40,087 nucleotides of DNA from a virus (taxonomy: Duplodnaviria; Caudoviricetes), in IMG/VR virus record IMGVR_UViG_3300048886_001026, positions 1 through 40,087 of that record; one strand, 5' to 3'. Shown in pieces: positions 1 through 8,088 of this stretch (within the stretch, counting starts at the first letter, position 1; every line of letters begins with the position of its first letter). The notes under the pieces were generated by a model. The model saw only the letters and a program-made list of their open reading frames with translations, did no database searches and had not been told where the DNA came from. Made by a program: the position numbers and the translations under genes.

Positions 1-230
1 GGCACCACGTCGATCGCCTTCAGGCAGTCGTCGCAGGTTACTTGGCTGACGAACGCACTCAGCTGCCCGTCTTCGATGTCCGTGGCACCGCACGCGGCGG
101 TGACGTCGTAGTCGCGCCCGGAGCGCGCGAGGTGTTTAGTTTTTGGCATACGCGTAGGCCTTCAGTTCTTGGTAGGCGTTCTCCACGATGATGCGATCGG
201 TCGCGGAGGGGAACAGTGCCACCGTCGCGT
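1..230. repeat. Terminal direct repeat, left copy (circular overlap)
   Basis: Identical to 39858-40087 except C128 vs A39985. Confidence 0.97.
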
Positions 231-318
231 CCTCGTGGTCCAGGGTGTTACCAGCGGCGATCAGGATCAGCCGCATCTCTGCCGGCGTGACGCCGTAGTC
301 CAGGTCATTTCCAGCCAT
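136..318 (-). CDS. Hypothetical early protein (60 aa)
   Basis: AAGGAG SD upstream of ATG; overlaps neighbours in a tightly packed leftward operon. Confidence 0.75.
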   Translation of the reverse strand: MAGNDLDYGVTPAEMRLILIAAGNTLDHEDATVALFPSATDRIIVENAYQELKAYAYAKN

Positions 319-439
319 TGTATGCTCCTTCTAGTGCGAGCACCCACAGGGCGCCCAGGGTTATCATAAACAGACCGATGATCAGCTTGGCCGCGAACGG
401 TGTCGGCTTCTCGTCGAAGTCTGGCTTTTTACTCTTCAT
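305..439 (-). CDS. Small single-TM membrane protein (44 aa), not in ORF track
   Basis: Manual translation MKSKKPDFDEKPTPFAAKLIIGLFMITLGALWVLALEGAYNGWK; GGAGG SD upstream; fills the gap between neighbours. Confidence 0.7.
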   Translation of the reverse strand: MKSKKPDFDEKPTPFAAKLIIGLFMITLGALWVLALEGAYNGWK

Positions 440-689
440 ACAGCACCACCTCCGCTACGTACCAATCGGCGTGGTCGATCCGCACCGCGTTCTCTTCATC
501 GGCGTTGTACACCGCACAGATCGCCACGACGCTGGTGTCGTCCAGCTCCTCCAGGGGCTGCCCCGTGACCACCTTGGCGATCGTCTGCAGCTTGGGTTTG
601 TTCTCCGTCAGCCGCATCAGCTCAGGTGTGGCGGCGTACTCGTTTGCCTGGGCGAACACGCCCCAGACGTTTCTAGTGGGTTTCACCAT
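429..689 (-). CDS. Hypothetical early protein, acidic (86 aa)
   Basis: ORF 429-704 trimmed to ATG at 689 (MVKPT), which has a GGAG SD. Confidence 0.7.
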   Translation of the reverse strand: MVKPTRNVWGVFAQANEYAATPELMRLTENKPKLQTIAKVVTGQPLEELDDTSVVAICAVYNADEENAVRIDHADWYVAEVVLYEE

Positions 690-870
690 CGCGATACGCT
701 CCAAAGTGTCCAGGGGTTGCGTCCTCCTCCAGCTTCGTCAGCATCCGCATAGCGGCGTACTGGGCGAACGTAAGGGCCTCGGGGTCGGGCTCCGGTTCAA
801 ACCGAGCCGCGATGTCGACAGCGTTGGGGTCCCCCTCGCTGTCGTCGATGGTGATGATCACCCTAGCCAT
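673..870 (-). CDS. Hypothetical early protein (65 aa)
   Basis: AAGGAG SD; overlaps both neighbours. Confidence 0.7.
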   Translation of the reverse strand: MARVIITIDDSEGDPNAVDIAARFEPEPDPEALTFAQYAAMRMLTKLEEDATPGHFGAYRDGETH

Positions 871-1054
871 GTCTCTTATCTCCTTGTTGTTGGTGCTTCA
901 GTTGGTGGCGGATCAGGCCGTGCAGCTCGCGGTATTCCACCGCAGCCCTGCCCGAAATTGTCCGCCCGTCCAGGATGGTGGCGCGCGCTTTGATCGCCCG
1001 TTCCACCATGTCGGCCTCGTGCTCAGACAAGACCAAAGTTATCGTGCGTGCCAT
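863..1054 (-). CDS. Hypothetical early protein (63 aa, MARTITLVL...)
   Basis: GGAGGAGG SD before ATG at 1054; 3' part of ORF 863-1252. Confidence 0.75.
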   Translation of the reverse strand: MARTITLVLSEHEADMVERAIKARATILDGRTISGRAAVEYRELHGLIRHQLKHQQQGDKRHG

Positions 1055-1080
1055 GTTGGCGATCCTCCTCCGGTGGTGGG

Positions 1081-1833
1081 CTAAATGCCCACCACCTCGT
1101 CCAGGAATGAGGACGCGATCGCAGTACGGCGGCGCACCGTGTCCATGTTGCAGTTGTCGCCAGAGGGCTTCTGCGCCTCTGTGACGGCGTTCAGCAGGCG
1201 CCATGCAGTGAAGCCATCTTCGCCGTGCTCCTCGAACGAGGGGCGGTCCCACTCGTCGATGGCGCGCGTCAGCTGCGCACCAGACATCGCGCCGCGGCGG
1301 TGCATCTCTACCAGGGCGGCGTCGCCCCAGCGTGGACGCATGTCGAACTGCTTGTAGGTGCCGATGCGGTGCTCCTCGCGCTGCGCCATCTGGGGCAGCT
1401 GCGCGACAGCCTGATCGACCATAGCCGGCAGGCGCGACCAGATGTTGCTGGTCTGCTTGGTGCTGACGTTGGCCAGATCACCGTTAAACATCAGGTTGCT
1501 GCACACGATCACCCGGTTGCCCAGGCACAGGCCGCGGGGCACCTTCTGGTTGTGGCTGCCGCGGATGCCCAGGGTGAGCTCCATGTCGTCGCGCTCGAAG
1601 CCGTCGACGCGGATCGCCATCGAACCAAAGAAGGTCTGGCTGTCGGCGGTGGTCACGTACTCCTCGTGGGCGATGTCGATACCGGCGCGCTTCAGGCGGT
1701 GCTTCACCAGCTCCAGGTAGTCACCGAAACCCACCGGCTGGTGGAAGCGGCCCATAGGGGCCGGGGTGGGAACCTGCGCCAGTTCGGCTGCGGTCATCAG
1801 GGTGTCTTGGTTGCTGTACATTAAACGTCCCAT
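1081..1833 (-). CDS. DUF932 family protein
   Basis: Motif GIRGSHN...GLCLGNRVIVCSNLMF and C-terminal TAWRLLNAVTE, typical of DUF932; AGGAG SD. Confidence 0.8.
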   Translation of the reverse strand: MGRLMYSNQDTLMTAAELAQVPTPAPMGRFHQPVGFGDYLELVKHRLKRAGIDIAHEEYVTTADSQTFFGSMAIRVDGFERDDMELTLGIRGSHNQKVPRGLCLGNRVIVCSNLMFNGDLANVSTKQTSNIWSRLPAMVDQAVAQLPQMAQREEHRIGTYKQFDMRPRWGDAALVEMHRRGAMSGAQLTRAIDEWDRPSFEEHGEDGFTAWRLLNAVTEAQKPSGDNCNMDTVRRRTAIASSFLDEVVGI

Positions 1834-1847
1834 TGTCGTGTCTCCTC

Positions 1848-2141
1848 TTAGGCGGTTTTGCGGGCGGTGATGCGAAGGGTGCTGACCAGAGTGGCAGCGG
1901 TGTTGCCTTTGATGCGCTGCGCGGTAGCGCCCAGGTCCATCGCAATCTTCTTCCAGGCGGTGGTCTTACGCATGCTGGAAGACAGCGTGACGCGGTACAG
2001 GTCGCCTTCCATCTCGGTGATCTCGTCGGAGGCCATGTCGCGCTTGATCGCGCCGATCAGCTCGCGCTCCTCTTCCTGCAGTGCTGCGATTTGCGCCTTC
2101 AGGATACCCAACTCGTCGACCATGCTAGTTACATTTTCCAT
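1848..2141 (-). CDS. Hypothetical coiled-coil early protein (97 aa)
   Basis: ATG at 2141 (MENVTSMVDELGILKAQIAALQEEE) with GAGG SD; first gene after the promoter at 2198-2246. Confidence 0.8.
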   Translation of the reverse strand: MENVTSMVDELGILKAQIAALQEEERELIGAIKRDMASDEITEMEGDLYRVTLSSSMRKTTAWKKIAMDLGATAQRIKGNTAATLVSTLRITARKTA

Positions 2142-2194
2142 TTTACTCTTCCTCTCACTTTGACTTTGATGGTGGCCGCCCCGCGACCACAAAA

Positions 2195-2246
2195 CCCATT
2201 ATCCAGCTTTACAGACCCTTTGCAACTCTTAATTGCAAAAAATTTT
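2195..2246 (-). promoter_or_regulatory. Leftward sigma70-like promoter with UP-like element (copy 1)
   Basis: Minus strand: AAAATTTTTTGCAA-N7-TTGCAA(-35)-N16-GATAAT(-10); near copy at 3376-3427. Confidence 0.75.
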
Positions 2247-2252
2247 ATTAAT

Positions 2253-2462
2253 TTAATCGGCCGCCTCAACCGGGGATGCAAAGCCGCTGTAGTGGTGGGT
2301 GCCGCAGCGGGCCATCATGCTGTCGGCCAGGGCGTCGGCGCACAGGTAGGCGATGTCGTCGCAGCTGGCGGTGATCTGAAGATGCACCACCTCGGTCGGT
2401 TCCGTCTTGCCGTGCTCCGGGAAATACTCGTGGCGAGTGATCTCGATGTCGTACTTGTTCAT
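2253..2462 (-). CDS. Hypothetical early protein (69 aa, MNKYDIEI...)
   Basis: GGAGG SD; ATGA overlap with upstream gene. Confidence 0.75.
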   Translation of the reverse strand: MNKYDIEITRHEYFPEHGKTEPTEVVHLQITASCDDIAYLCADALADSMMARCGTHHYSGFASPVEAAD

Positions 2463-2872
2463 GGAGCAGTCCTCCCTGTGACGGTGATGACACCCAAGAC
2501 ACGCTTGCGGCGCCCGGGGGCCTTGCGGATGAATACGGGTTTCTTGACGCGGTTGTCCACGAGCTTCACACCCTTCACGGTGACGAAGTGGCGAGTGACC
2601 AACACGATCGTGAAGGCGTTGCGATCCTCTCGCTCGCGCAGCCAGCGCGCCAGGGTGGGTTTCTCGCCGGTGATGTATTCCAACCGCGTTGTGTAGCCCA
2701 GACTCTCCAGGGTTTCCTGGAGCTCGCTGGCGTAGACGTACGTGATCATCTTGCGCCCGGTGACCTTGCGTATCTCCGCGGCCATTTCGTCGGTAGGGCG
2801 CCCGGTGAGCGCGGTCAGGGCGGCGGGGCCGCACCAGCGGCTCCCTCCGTGGATGTCGTGTAGTTTATTCAT
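2459..2872 (-). CDS. Papain-like (C39-like) cysteine peptidase domain protein (137 aa)
   Basis: WCGPAALTALTG catalytic-Cys helix, LESLGY, RHFVTV (His) and LVDN (Asp) in C39 order; ATG at 2872 with GAGG SD. Confidence 0.6.
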   Translation of the reverse strand: MNKLHDIHGGSRWCGPAALTALTGRPTDEMAAEIRKVTGRKMITYVYASELQETLESLGYTTRLEYITGEKPTLARWLREREDRNAFTIVLVTRHFVTVKGVKLVDNRVKKPVFIRKAPGRRKRVLGVITVTGRTAP

Positions 2873-3074
2873 GGAGCAGTCCTCGTGCTGCACCGATCGC
2901 GGGCAGGCCCTGGCCGATGCGGATGTCGATGGCGATCTCTTCGCGGTTCCTGCGGGAGTCTTCGCCCTGGGTGATGCGGATGTCGCGCGGCTGGCACTTG
3001 GTTGCGATGTGCGCCTCGCGGGTGTCGGTGAAAGCCAGGGCCTCGCCCCGGCTATTGGTGAACTGCTGGATCAT
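2865..3074 (-). CDS. Hypothetical early protein (69 aa, MIQQFTN...)
   Basis: TAATG coupling to upstream gene; fills the gap. Confidence 0.6.
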   Translation of the reverse strand: MIQQFTNSRGEALAFTDTREAHIATKCQPRDIRITQGEDSRRNREEIAIDIRIGQGLPAIGAARGLLHE

Positions 3075-3331
3075 TACGCGCGCCCCGTGTTGACAATGTG
3101 ATTCTCGGCATCGGCGCGAGTCTCGAACAGCAGGAACGCGTTGTCGTCCTGGTGCGAGCGGTTGGCGCGGATGTGCTGGGCTTGACTGCACACAGTGCCG
3201 TCGGGGCGGATGTGGCGGACAGTGCCGCGGACTTTGCCCAGGGCCTCGATCTCAACGTGCTCGACCTCTAACACCTTGCCGCTGCGGAACTCGTAACTAC
3301 ATACCCGGTAAACGCGGTTGCCTTTTTTCAT
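3074..3331 (-). CDS. Hypothetical early protein (85 aa)
   Basis: GAGGA SD; first gene downstream of the promoter at 3376-3427. Confidence 0.8.
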   Translation of the reverse strand: MKKGNRVYRVCSYEFRSGKVLEVEHVEIEALGKVRGTVRHIRPDGTVCSQAQHIRANRSHQDDNAFLLFETRADAENHIVNTGRA

Positions 3332-3375
3332 GTCTGTATCCTCGGTTAATGGTGGTGTGCCTCAACGACACAACC

Positions 3376-3427
3376 CCCATTATCCAGATTGCAGAACAGA
3401 TTGCAACTCTTAGATGCAAAAAATTTT
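3376..3427 (-). promoter_or_regulatory. Leftward sigma70-like promoter with UP-like element (copy 2)
   Basis: Minus strand: AAAATTTTTTGCAT-N7-TTGCAA-N16-GATAAT; same layout as 2195-2246. Confidence 0.75.
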
Positions 3428-3429
3428 TG

Positions 3430-5388
3430 CTATTTCCCGTAGCGCTGCCCGCTGTCGCCCTCCACCGCGATCGGCAGCCCCTCGGCCCAGGCCGGTGCCA
3501 TCTGCATGATGCGCTCTAGGTCTTCCTGGTAGCCGCCCTCGCTGATGATCTCGTCGTGGACGTGCAGGATCACCGGCACACCTTCCTTGTCACACTGCTC
3601 TATAGAATAGCGCAGTAGTGACGCCGCGGTGGCCTGGGTGATGTTCTCCAACCACCGGCCGCCGTACATGTGCCGGCGTGGCCAGGGCTCGCCCACCTTC
3701 GCCTTGGCGGCGCCCCAGGTGCAGGTGACCTGCAGGACCTCTTCGCCCCAGGGTGTTTTGCCCCACTCCAGGTTGGGCTGGAAGTAGGCCAGCAGGCGCC
3801 CACACGGCAGCCGGCACCACAGCCAGCAGTGGCCGTCGAACGCGTACGCGACGCGCCCTACCTCTTGCCACTCTCCTGGTTCCATCACTGCCTTGATGGC
3901 AGCGCGCTCGAGGGCGTGGCCGAACGTCATCGCCCAGGGGTTCTCTGCCCGCCACGCGTCGCGCATGCGCTCCGCCATGGCCTGGGTCAGGTGCAGGCCG
4001 TAGCCGCGGGCCATTAGTTTGAGCGCACCCACGCCACCCAGGAACTGCAGCGCGAGCTCCTGGACCTTGCCGGCTTGGCGTTGTTCCTTGTCGACATCGT
4101 CTCGGGCGACACCGAAGGTGCGCGCCGCGTTGTTGATGTACGGATCACCGCCGCTGCGGAACACGTCCAGCTTCACCTCACCGTCGGGCGTGTTGGCCAG
4201 CCAGGGTGCCACACGGCCCTCAATGTTGGACCAGTCAGCCCAGGACAGTCCCTCGGGTCGATAGATCGTGGAGCGCACCAGCTGCCCCAGGGTGGCGCTA
4301 GGATCGGGCAGCTCGTAGCCGTCCATCAGGTCGCGGATCATCGCCTCGGGGTCTTCCAGGCTCGCGCGCTTTAGGTTGTGCACCTGGATGCCGGTGGAGC
4401 TGAACCGCCCCGTCTGACCCGCGCCGTTGAACATGAGCGCGCCGTACAGCTGGCCGTCGATCTCGCGGTTGGCCATCGCCTTGTACTTTCTCAGCGACGC
4501 ACCGCCCGCCTCGTCGACGAGCTCCAGGTAGCGCAGTACCGGCTCCGGGCAGTCGGGATCGTTCGCCAGGGCGTCTCTGTGGTCCTGGTCGAAGGTGATT
4601 TTCTTCTCGCCTTTTTTGTAGACATGCAGGTGCTTGATCAGCTCGTCGTTCAGCTGCGGCAGCACCCAGGCGTCGCGCGTCTTGCGTTGGCGGGCGGTCT
4701 TCACCGCGCCGTCGGTCAGTACTGCGATGTGGCCGTCGGCATCCTGGCGCAGCACGTCGGCGTAGTCGGCCGCCTCGCGGATCATGTCCACGTCCAGGGG
4801 CACGCCGGCATCGCAGATGCGCTCGTTGAGGTGGTACTCCGCCCACTCGTGGTCGGTCAGGTCGCGCAGCGGTTCCTCGATACCGGCCTCGGTGCGTACG
4901 TCCTGCTCGCAGTAGTGCACCATCAGGTGCTTGTCCTCGCCGGGGATGTCTTCCCAGGGGACGTTTTGTGCGCAGTAGGTGTTGATCAGCCGGGTGCCCT
5001 CGGTCAGCTTCTGCTGCTTCCTGCCCATGGCCCTGGCACAGTCGCCAAGTTTGCCCGGTAGTGCGTGCGCCCGGGCCTGGGCCGCGGTGCACTGGAATTG
5101 TTCGATCGCCGGCTCTGGCACGTCGTAGTCCGGGCAGATGACATACCAAAACATCAGCCGCTCAAACTGGGCGTTCCAGGCCTTGATAATACCGCCGCGT
5201 TTGATGTGCTCGATAACGCGAACGGGGAAGGGCGTACGCGTTCCAGGTACCCAGGAGTAAACTTCCTCCTCGTCGTGGAACTGGTACGACATGACGTAGA
5301 GCCCCGTGCTGGGGTCCATTGCGTAGCGGTAGGCACCGCACGCTTTCAGATCGACACGCGAGTGTGTCTCCAGGTCTATGTGAATCAT
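3430..5388 (-). CDS. polA: Family A DNA polymerase with 3'-5' exonuclease (APSE-like phage PolA)
   Basis: ExoI IDLET, ExoII WNAQFE, ExoIII YCEQDV; TGRFSS; motif A DWSNIEGR, motif B RQAGKVQEL, motif C HVHDE. Confidence 0.95.
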   Translation of the reverse strand: MIHIDLETHSRVDLKACGAYRYAMDPSTGLYVMSYQFHDEEEVYSWVPGTRTPFPVRVIEHIKRGGIIKAWNAQFERLMFWYVICPDYDVPEPAIEQFQCTAAQARAHALPGKLGDCARAMGRKQQKLTEGTRLINTYCAQNVPWEDIPGEDKHLMVHYCEQDVRTEAGIEEPLRDLTDHEWAEYHLNERICDAGVPLDVDMIREAADYADVLRQDADGHIAVLTDGAVKTARQRKTRDAWVLPQLNDELIKHLHVYKKGEKKITFDQDHRDALANDPDCPEPVLRYLELVDEAGGASLRKYKAMANREIDGQLYGALMFNGAGQTGRFSSTGIQVHNLKRASLEDPEAMIRDLMDGYELPDPSATLGQLVRSTIYRPEGLSWADWSNIEGRVAPWLANTPDGEVKLDVFRSGGDPYINNAARTFGVARDDVDKEQRQAGKVQELALQFLGGVGALKLMARGYGLHLTQAMAERMRDAWRAENPWAMTFGHALERAAIKAVMEPGEWQEVGRVAYAFDGHCWLWCRLPCGRLLAYFQPNLEWGKTPWGEEVLQVTCTWGAAKAKVGEPWPRRHMYGGRWLENITQATAASLLRYSIEQCDKEGVPVILHVHDEIISEGGYQEDLERIMQMAPAWAEGLPIAVEGDSGQRYGK

Positions 5389-5392
5389 CAGT

Positions 5393-5426
5393 AAAAGAGC
5401 CCCGGCCAGGGCGACTGGACCGGGGC
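5393..5426 (-). terminator. Intrinsic terminator-like hairpin between the SSB-like gene and polA
   Basis: Stem GCCCCGG-CCAG / CTGG-A-CCGGGGC followed by TCTTTT on the minus strand. Confidence 0.65.
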
Positions 5427-5433
5427 GTAGTGG

Positions 5434-6171
5434 TTAGCCGGCGCGACGACGACGACGGCGGGTGGGCGCTGGCGCGTCTGACTCGTCCGCTGGTGTCTGT
5501 TCAGGCTCCGCGGCGTCCTGGGCGGGCGCTGCGGCCTCCTCCTGGACAGGCGCCGGTGCTGGGGCGTCCAGGGCGACAGCGTCGCCTGGGTCCTGCTCGC
5601 CGTCACCGTTGAACCACGCCACAGCGACCAGCACGGGCTCGTACACCAGACCGTACTGCGTGTGGTCGTAGCTGTTCGACTCCAGCTTCACCTGGGGCAA
5701 CAGGTACTCTGAGCCCTGGTTGGCACGCATGAACAACTCGCCCAGGAGCGCGTCGACTGCCTTGCGGCCGCCGAAGGTGCTCACCTCGAAGAGGAAGCGC
5801 GTGCCGTCGGACAGTGTGCCCTCCAGGCTGCGTGCCTCCGAAGCCTCGTCCACTGCAGGCTGACCTTTAGAGTCGGTGTAGTGGATCGGCTCCTGTGCTT
5901 CAGGCAGGGGCCGGTTGATCGGAACCAACTTGCGGTTCGCCTTGCGCTGGTGCCACAGGATGTACCCGTGCTGCAGGGTGGGCACGTCCAGGCTGAACAC
6001 CTCGTCGGTGCACTCTTCGCTCTCGGCGCCCAGGAGCCACTGCCCGGTGCGCTTGGCATCGAACTTCAAGAACGGCAGGCCGCCGCCCGTGGTAGGGGTC
6101 ACCTGATTGGCGTTGAGGAAGTTAGCTACACCGGAAGTGTCGCCAGTTGATGGCAGATTATTTGAGGTCAT
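5434..6171 (-). CDS. Putative single-stranded DNA-binding protein
   Basis: Sits between the DUF2800 nuclease and PolA (the usual SSB slot); aromatic beta-rich core, acidic Pro/Ala tail ending RRRRRRAG; AAGGAG SD with A-rich leader. Confidence 0.55.
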   Translation of the reverse strand: MTSNNLPSTGDTSGVANFLNANQVTPTTGGGLPFLKFDAKRTGQWLLGAESEECTDEVFSLDVPTLQHGYILWHQRKANRKLVPINRPLPEAQEPIHYTDSKGQPAVDEASEARSLEGTLSDGTRFLFEVSTFGGRKAVDALLGELFMRANQGSEYLLPQVKLESNSYDHTQYGLVYEPVLVAVAWFNGDGEQDPGDAVALDAPAPAPVQEEAAAPAQDAAEPEQTPADESDAPAPTRRRRRRAG

Positions 6172-6212
6172 TAGACTCTCTCCTTTTCACTTTTACATTT
6201 ACATTAATGGGT

Positions 6213-6233
6213 GCCCGGTTTAGCGCACCGGGC
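6213..6233 (-). promoter_or_regulatory. Intergenic stem-loop (mRNA stabiliser or processing site)
   Basis: GCCCGGT-N7-ACCGGGC; no U-tract. Confidence 0.45.
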
Positions 6234-6239
6234 GGGCGC

Positions 6240-7367
6240 TCACTTGTTCATTATATCGTTGATGGCGTCAGGGACGTTACCCTTTTCCACTGCGGGGCGC
6301 TTGTCCGATGCTGGCGCGATCGTCGTGCCGCTGCTGGCGGTGGTGATGTGGTCGTCCAGGATCGACACGTCGAGGCCCGCATCCTTGAGCTGTTTCTTCA
6401 CCTGGGCCGGCGATCGCAGGCTCTCGGTGATGTACATCTCCTTCTTGGCTGACTTGTTGTAGCGCAGCATGTGGCGCACCTTCTCCTCGTCAGCCCAGCG
6501 CGAGGTGGCGCGCTTCAGCACCAGCTTCCAGCCGTCTACCTTCTGGCCGGTGTCGAGGATGCGGAACAGCTCCGCCTTCACATCTTTGATGTGCGTCTCC
6601 ATCTCACTGGCCAGCTGCATCGCCTCGCTCAGCGTCTCCAGGTTGGACGGGTCCATGGCCAGGAACGCCTGCCCGCGCTCGCGCTTGGCTGGGCAGTAGC
6701 TGGTGGCGGGGCAGTACTTGCACCACTCGCCCGGGTTGCCTACCTTCTCACCCTTGTCGGCGGCGGACAGGGACTCGAGGAACGCGGTGTAGAACGCGTC
6801 GTACTCGTCCCAGGTGTGCTCCTGGATCAGCGCCGTCTCACTCACCGCGGGCTGGATCACGACGGACACCAGCTGTTTACCCTCGTCGTTGGGTTTGAAG
6901 AACATGTCATCGACCTCGGGCGTGTCCATCGCGCACATGGCGTAGAACAGCATCTGGTCGCGGTTCTTGATCGGCTGGTATCCGAATTTGTAGTCGAGCA
7001 CCACGACGGTGTCGTCGTTGCACAGGATCATGTCGCCACTGCCGCCGGTGTCCTCACGCTCAGCCAGGGTAACGAAGGCCTCGCAGACAAAGTCGTCCAG
7101 GTTGTACTGATCCATCACCGCCTCTGTCATGTTGACGGCGTAGTCGATCGCCTCGCGATCGGCGGGCTCCAGGTGCCGGCACAGCTCGCTCAGGTCCTCG
7201 TCGCGATCGTAGTAGGCCTCCATGATGTCGTGCAGCATGGTGCCGCGTTTGGCTGCAGCGCCCTCGCGGTCGACCTTGGGCACGTCGTCGCAGATGTTCT
7301 GCCAGTTGGGGCAGTTCAGCGTACGGGTGGCGGTGCTACCGCCGAATCTAAGATGAACGTCTGGCAT
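6240..7367 (-). CDS. DUF2800 / Cas4-like PD-(D/E)XK exonuclease
   Basis: NCP, RGTMLH, GSGD...DYKFG, QMLFYA and CKYCPATSYCP (1+3 Cys Fe-S pattern). Confidence 0.9.
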   Translation of the reverse strand: MPDVHLRFGGSTATRTLNCPNWQNICDDVPKVDREGAAAKRGTMLHDIMEAYYDRDEDLSELCRHLEPADREAIDYAVNMTEAVMDQYNLDDFVCEAFVTLAEREDTGGSGDMILCNDDTVVVLDYKFGYQPIKNRDQMLFYAMCAMDTPEVDDMFFKPNDEGKQLVSVVIQPAVSETALIQEHTWDEYDAFYTAFLESLSAADKGEKVGNPGEWCKYCPATSYCPAKRERGQAFLAMDPSNLETLSEAMQLASEMETHIKDVKAELFRILDTGQKVDGWKLVLKRATSRWADEEKVRHMLRYNKSAKKEMYITESLRSPAQVKKQLKDAGLDVSILDDHITTASSGTTIAPASDKRPAVEKGNVPDAINDIMNK

Positions 7368-7573
7368 TACAATACTCCTGCGTTTTTCAACTCGACAATC
7401 TCGTCTGCGGTGAAACCAGCCTCGCGCAGGTTGATCAGGTCTTTGATTGAGGTGGGTTCGGCCGGCTCACCGAAGTGCTGGACACCGTTGGCATTCACCA
7501 TGCCGATGTAATGTTCGCCCGGGCCGTACACCTGCCCGTTGTCGTCCAGCTTCAGGATAACGTCCTTCGTCAT
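7367..7573 (-). CDS. Hypothetical protein (68 aa)
   Basis: ATGA and TAATG coupling on both sides; C-terminal LREAG/LKNAG helical repeat. Confidence 0.75.
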   Translation of the reverse strand: MTKDVILKLDDNGQVYGPGEHYIGMVNANGVQHFGEPAEPTSIKDLINLREAGFTADEIVELKNAGVL

Positions 7574-7764
7574 TTTTTCGCCCTCTGCTTAGTTTGCGCG
7601 ATGGACCCGTGCGCCTGGACGATACACTGGCGGACGATCTCGGAGCGGCTGGCACCGTAGTGCGCGGCCAGCTCGTCGAGCATCACCTTGTGCTCCGGGC
7701 GCAGGGAGACACCCTGGACCAGCGTATTTACTTTGGGTTTAACCTTTTCAACTTTCAGCTTCAC
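7570..7764 (-). CDS. Ribbon-helix-helix (CopG/Arc-like) DNA-binding protein
   Basis: GVSLRPEHKVMLDELAAHYGASRSEIVR matches the RHH pattern; GTG start with GGAG SD. Confidence 0.8.
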   Translation of the reverse strand: MKLKVEKVKPKVNTLVQGVSLRPEHKVMLDELAAHYGASRSEIVRQCIVQAHGSIAQTKQRAKK

Positions 7765-7804
7765 GTAGTATTCTCCGTTTGCAATTCAACTGCTAGAGGG
7801 TCGC

Positions 7805-7846
7805 ATACTATGCCCACCGAAAAGACATTGCAAGCACAAATTGTAA
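7805..7846 (-). promoter_or_regulatory. Leftward promoter for the RHH-nuclease-SSB-PolA operon
   Basis: Minus strand TTACAA-N7-TTGCAA(7833-7828)-N17-TAGTAT(7810-7805); lies over the start of the VRR-NUC gene. Confidence 0.6.
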
Positions 7847-8088
7847 AGCGCTTGCAAAGTAAGGGACACATCGTGTATAAATTCGCTTCGCCCGCTCACC
7901 GCGGTGTGCCCGATCTCCTGGTTATAGCCGACGGCCGAGTCGTCTTCCTGGAAGTGAAGCACCCCAACGGTAAGGGGCGCCTATCTAAACTGCAGGAGAT
8001 CACAATCAATGAAATGCGACAACACGGTGGCGAAGTCCACGTCATCAACAGCCTCGAGTACCTGGATACAATCTTTAACTTCCACTGA
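7810..8088 (+). CDS. VRR-NUC domain nuclease (92 aa)
   Basis: EKTLQ...GVPDLL...[12 protein letters not shown] motifs; ATG at 7810. Confidence 0.9.
   Translation: MPTEKTLQAQIVKRLQSKGHIVYKFASPAHRGVPDLLVIADGRVVFLEVKHPNGKGRLSKLQEITINEMRQHGGEVHVINSLEYLDTIFNFH

Noticed and set aside
6240-7367. Cas4-like nuclease as evidence of a CRISPR-Cas system
   Set aside because: DUF2800-type nucleases are ordinary members of this replication module; no cas1/cas2 or array is present
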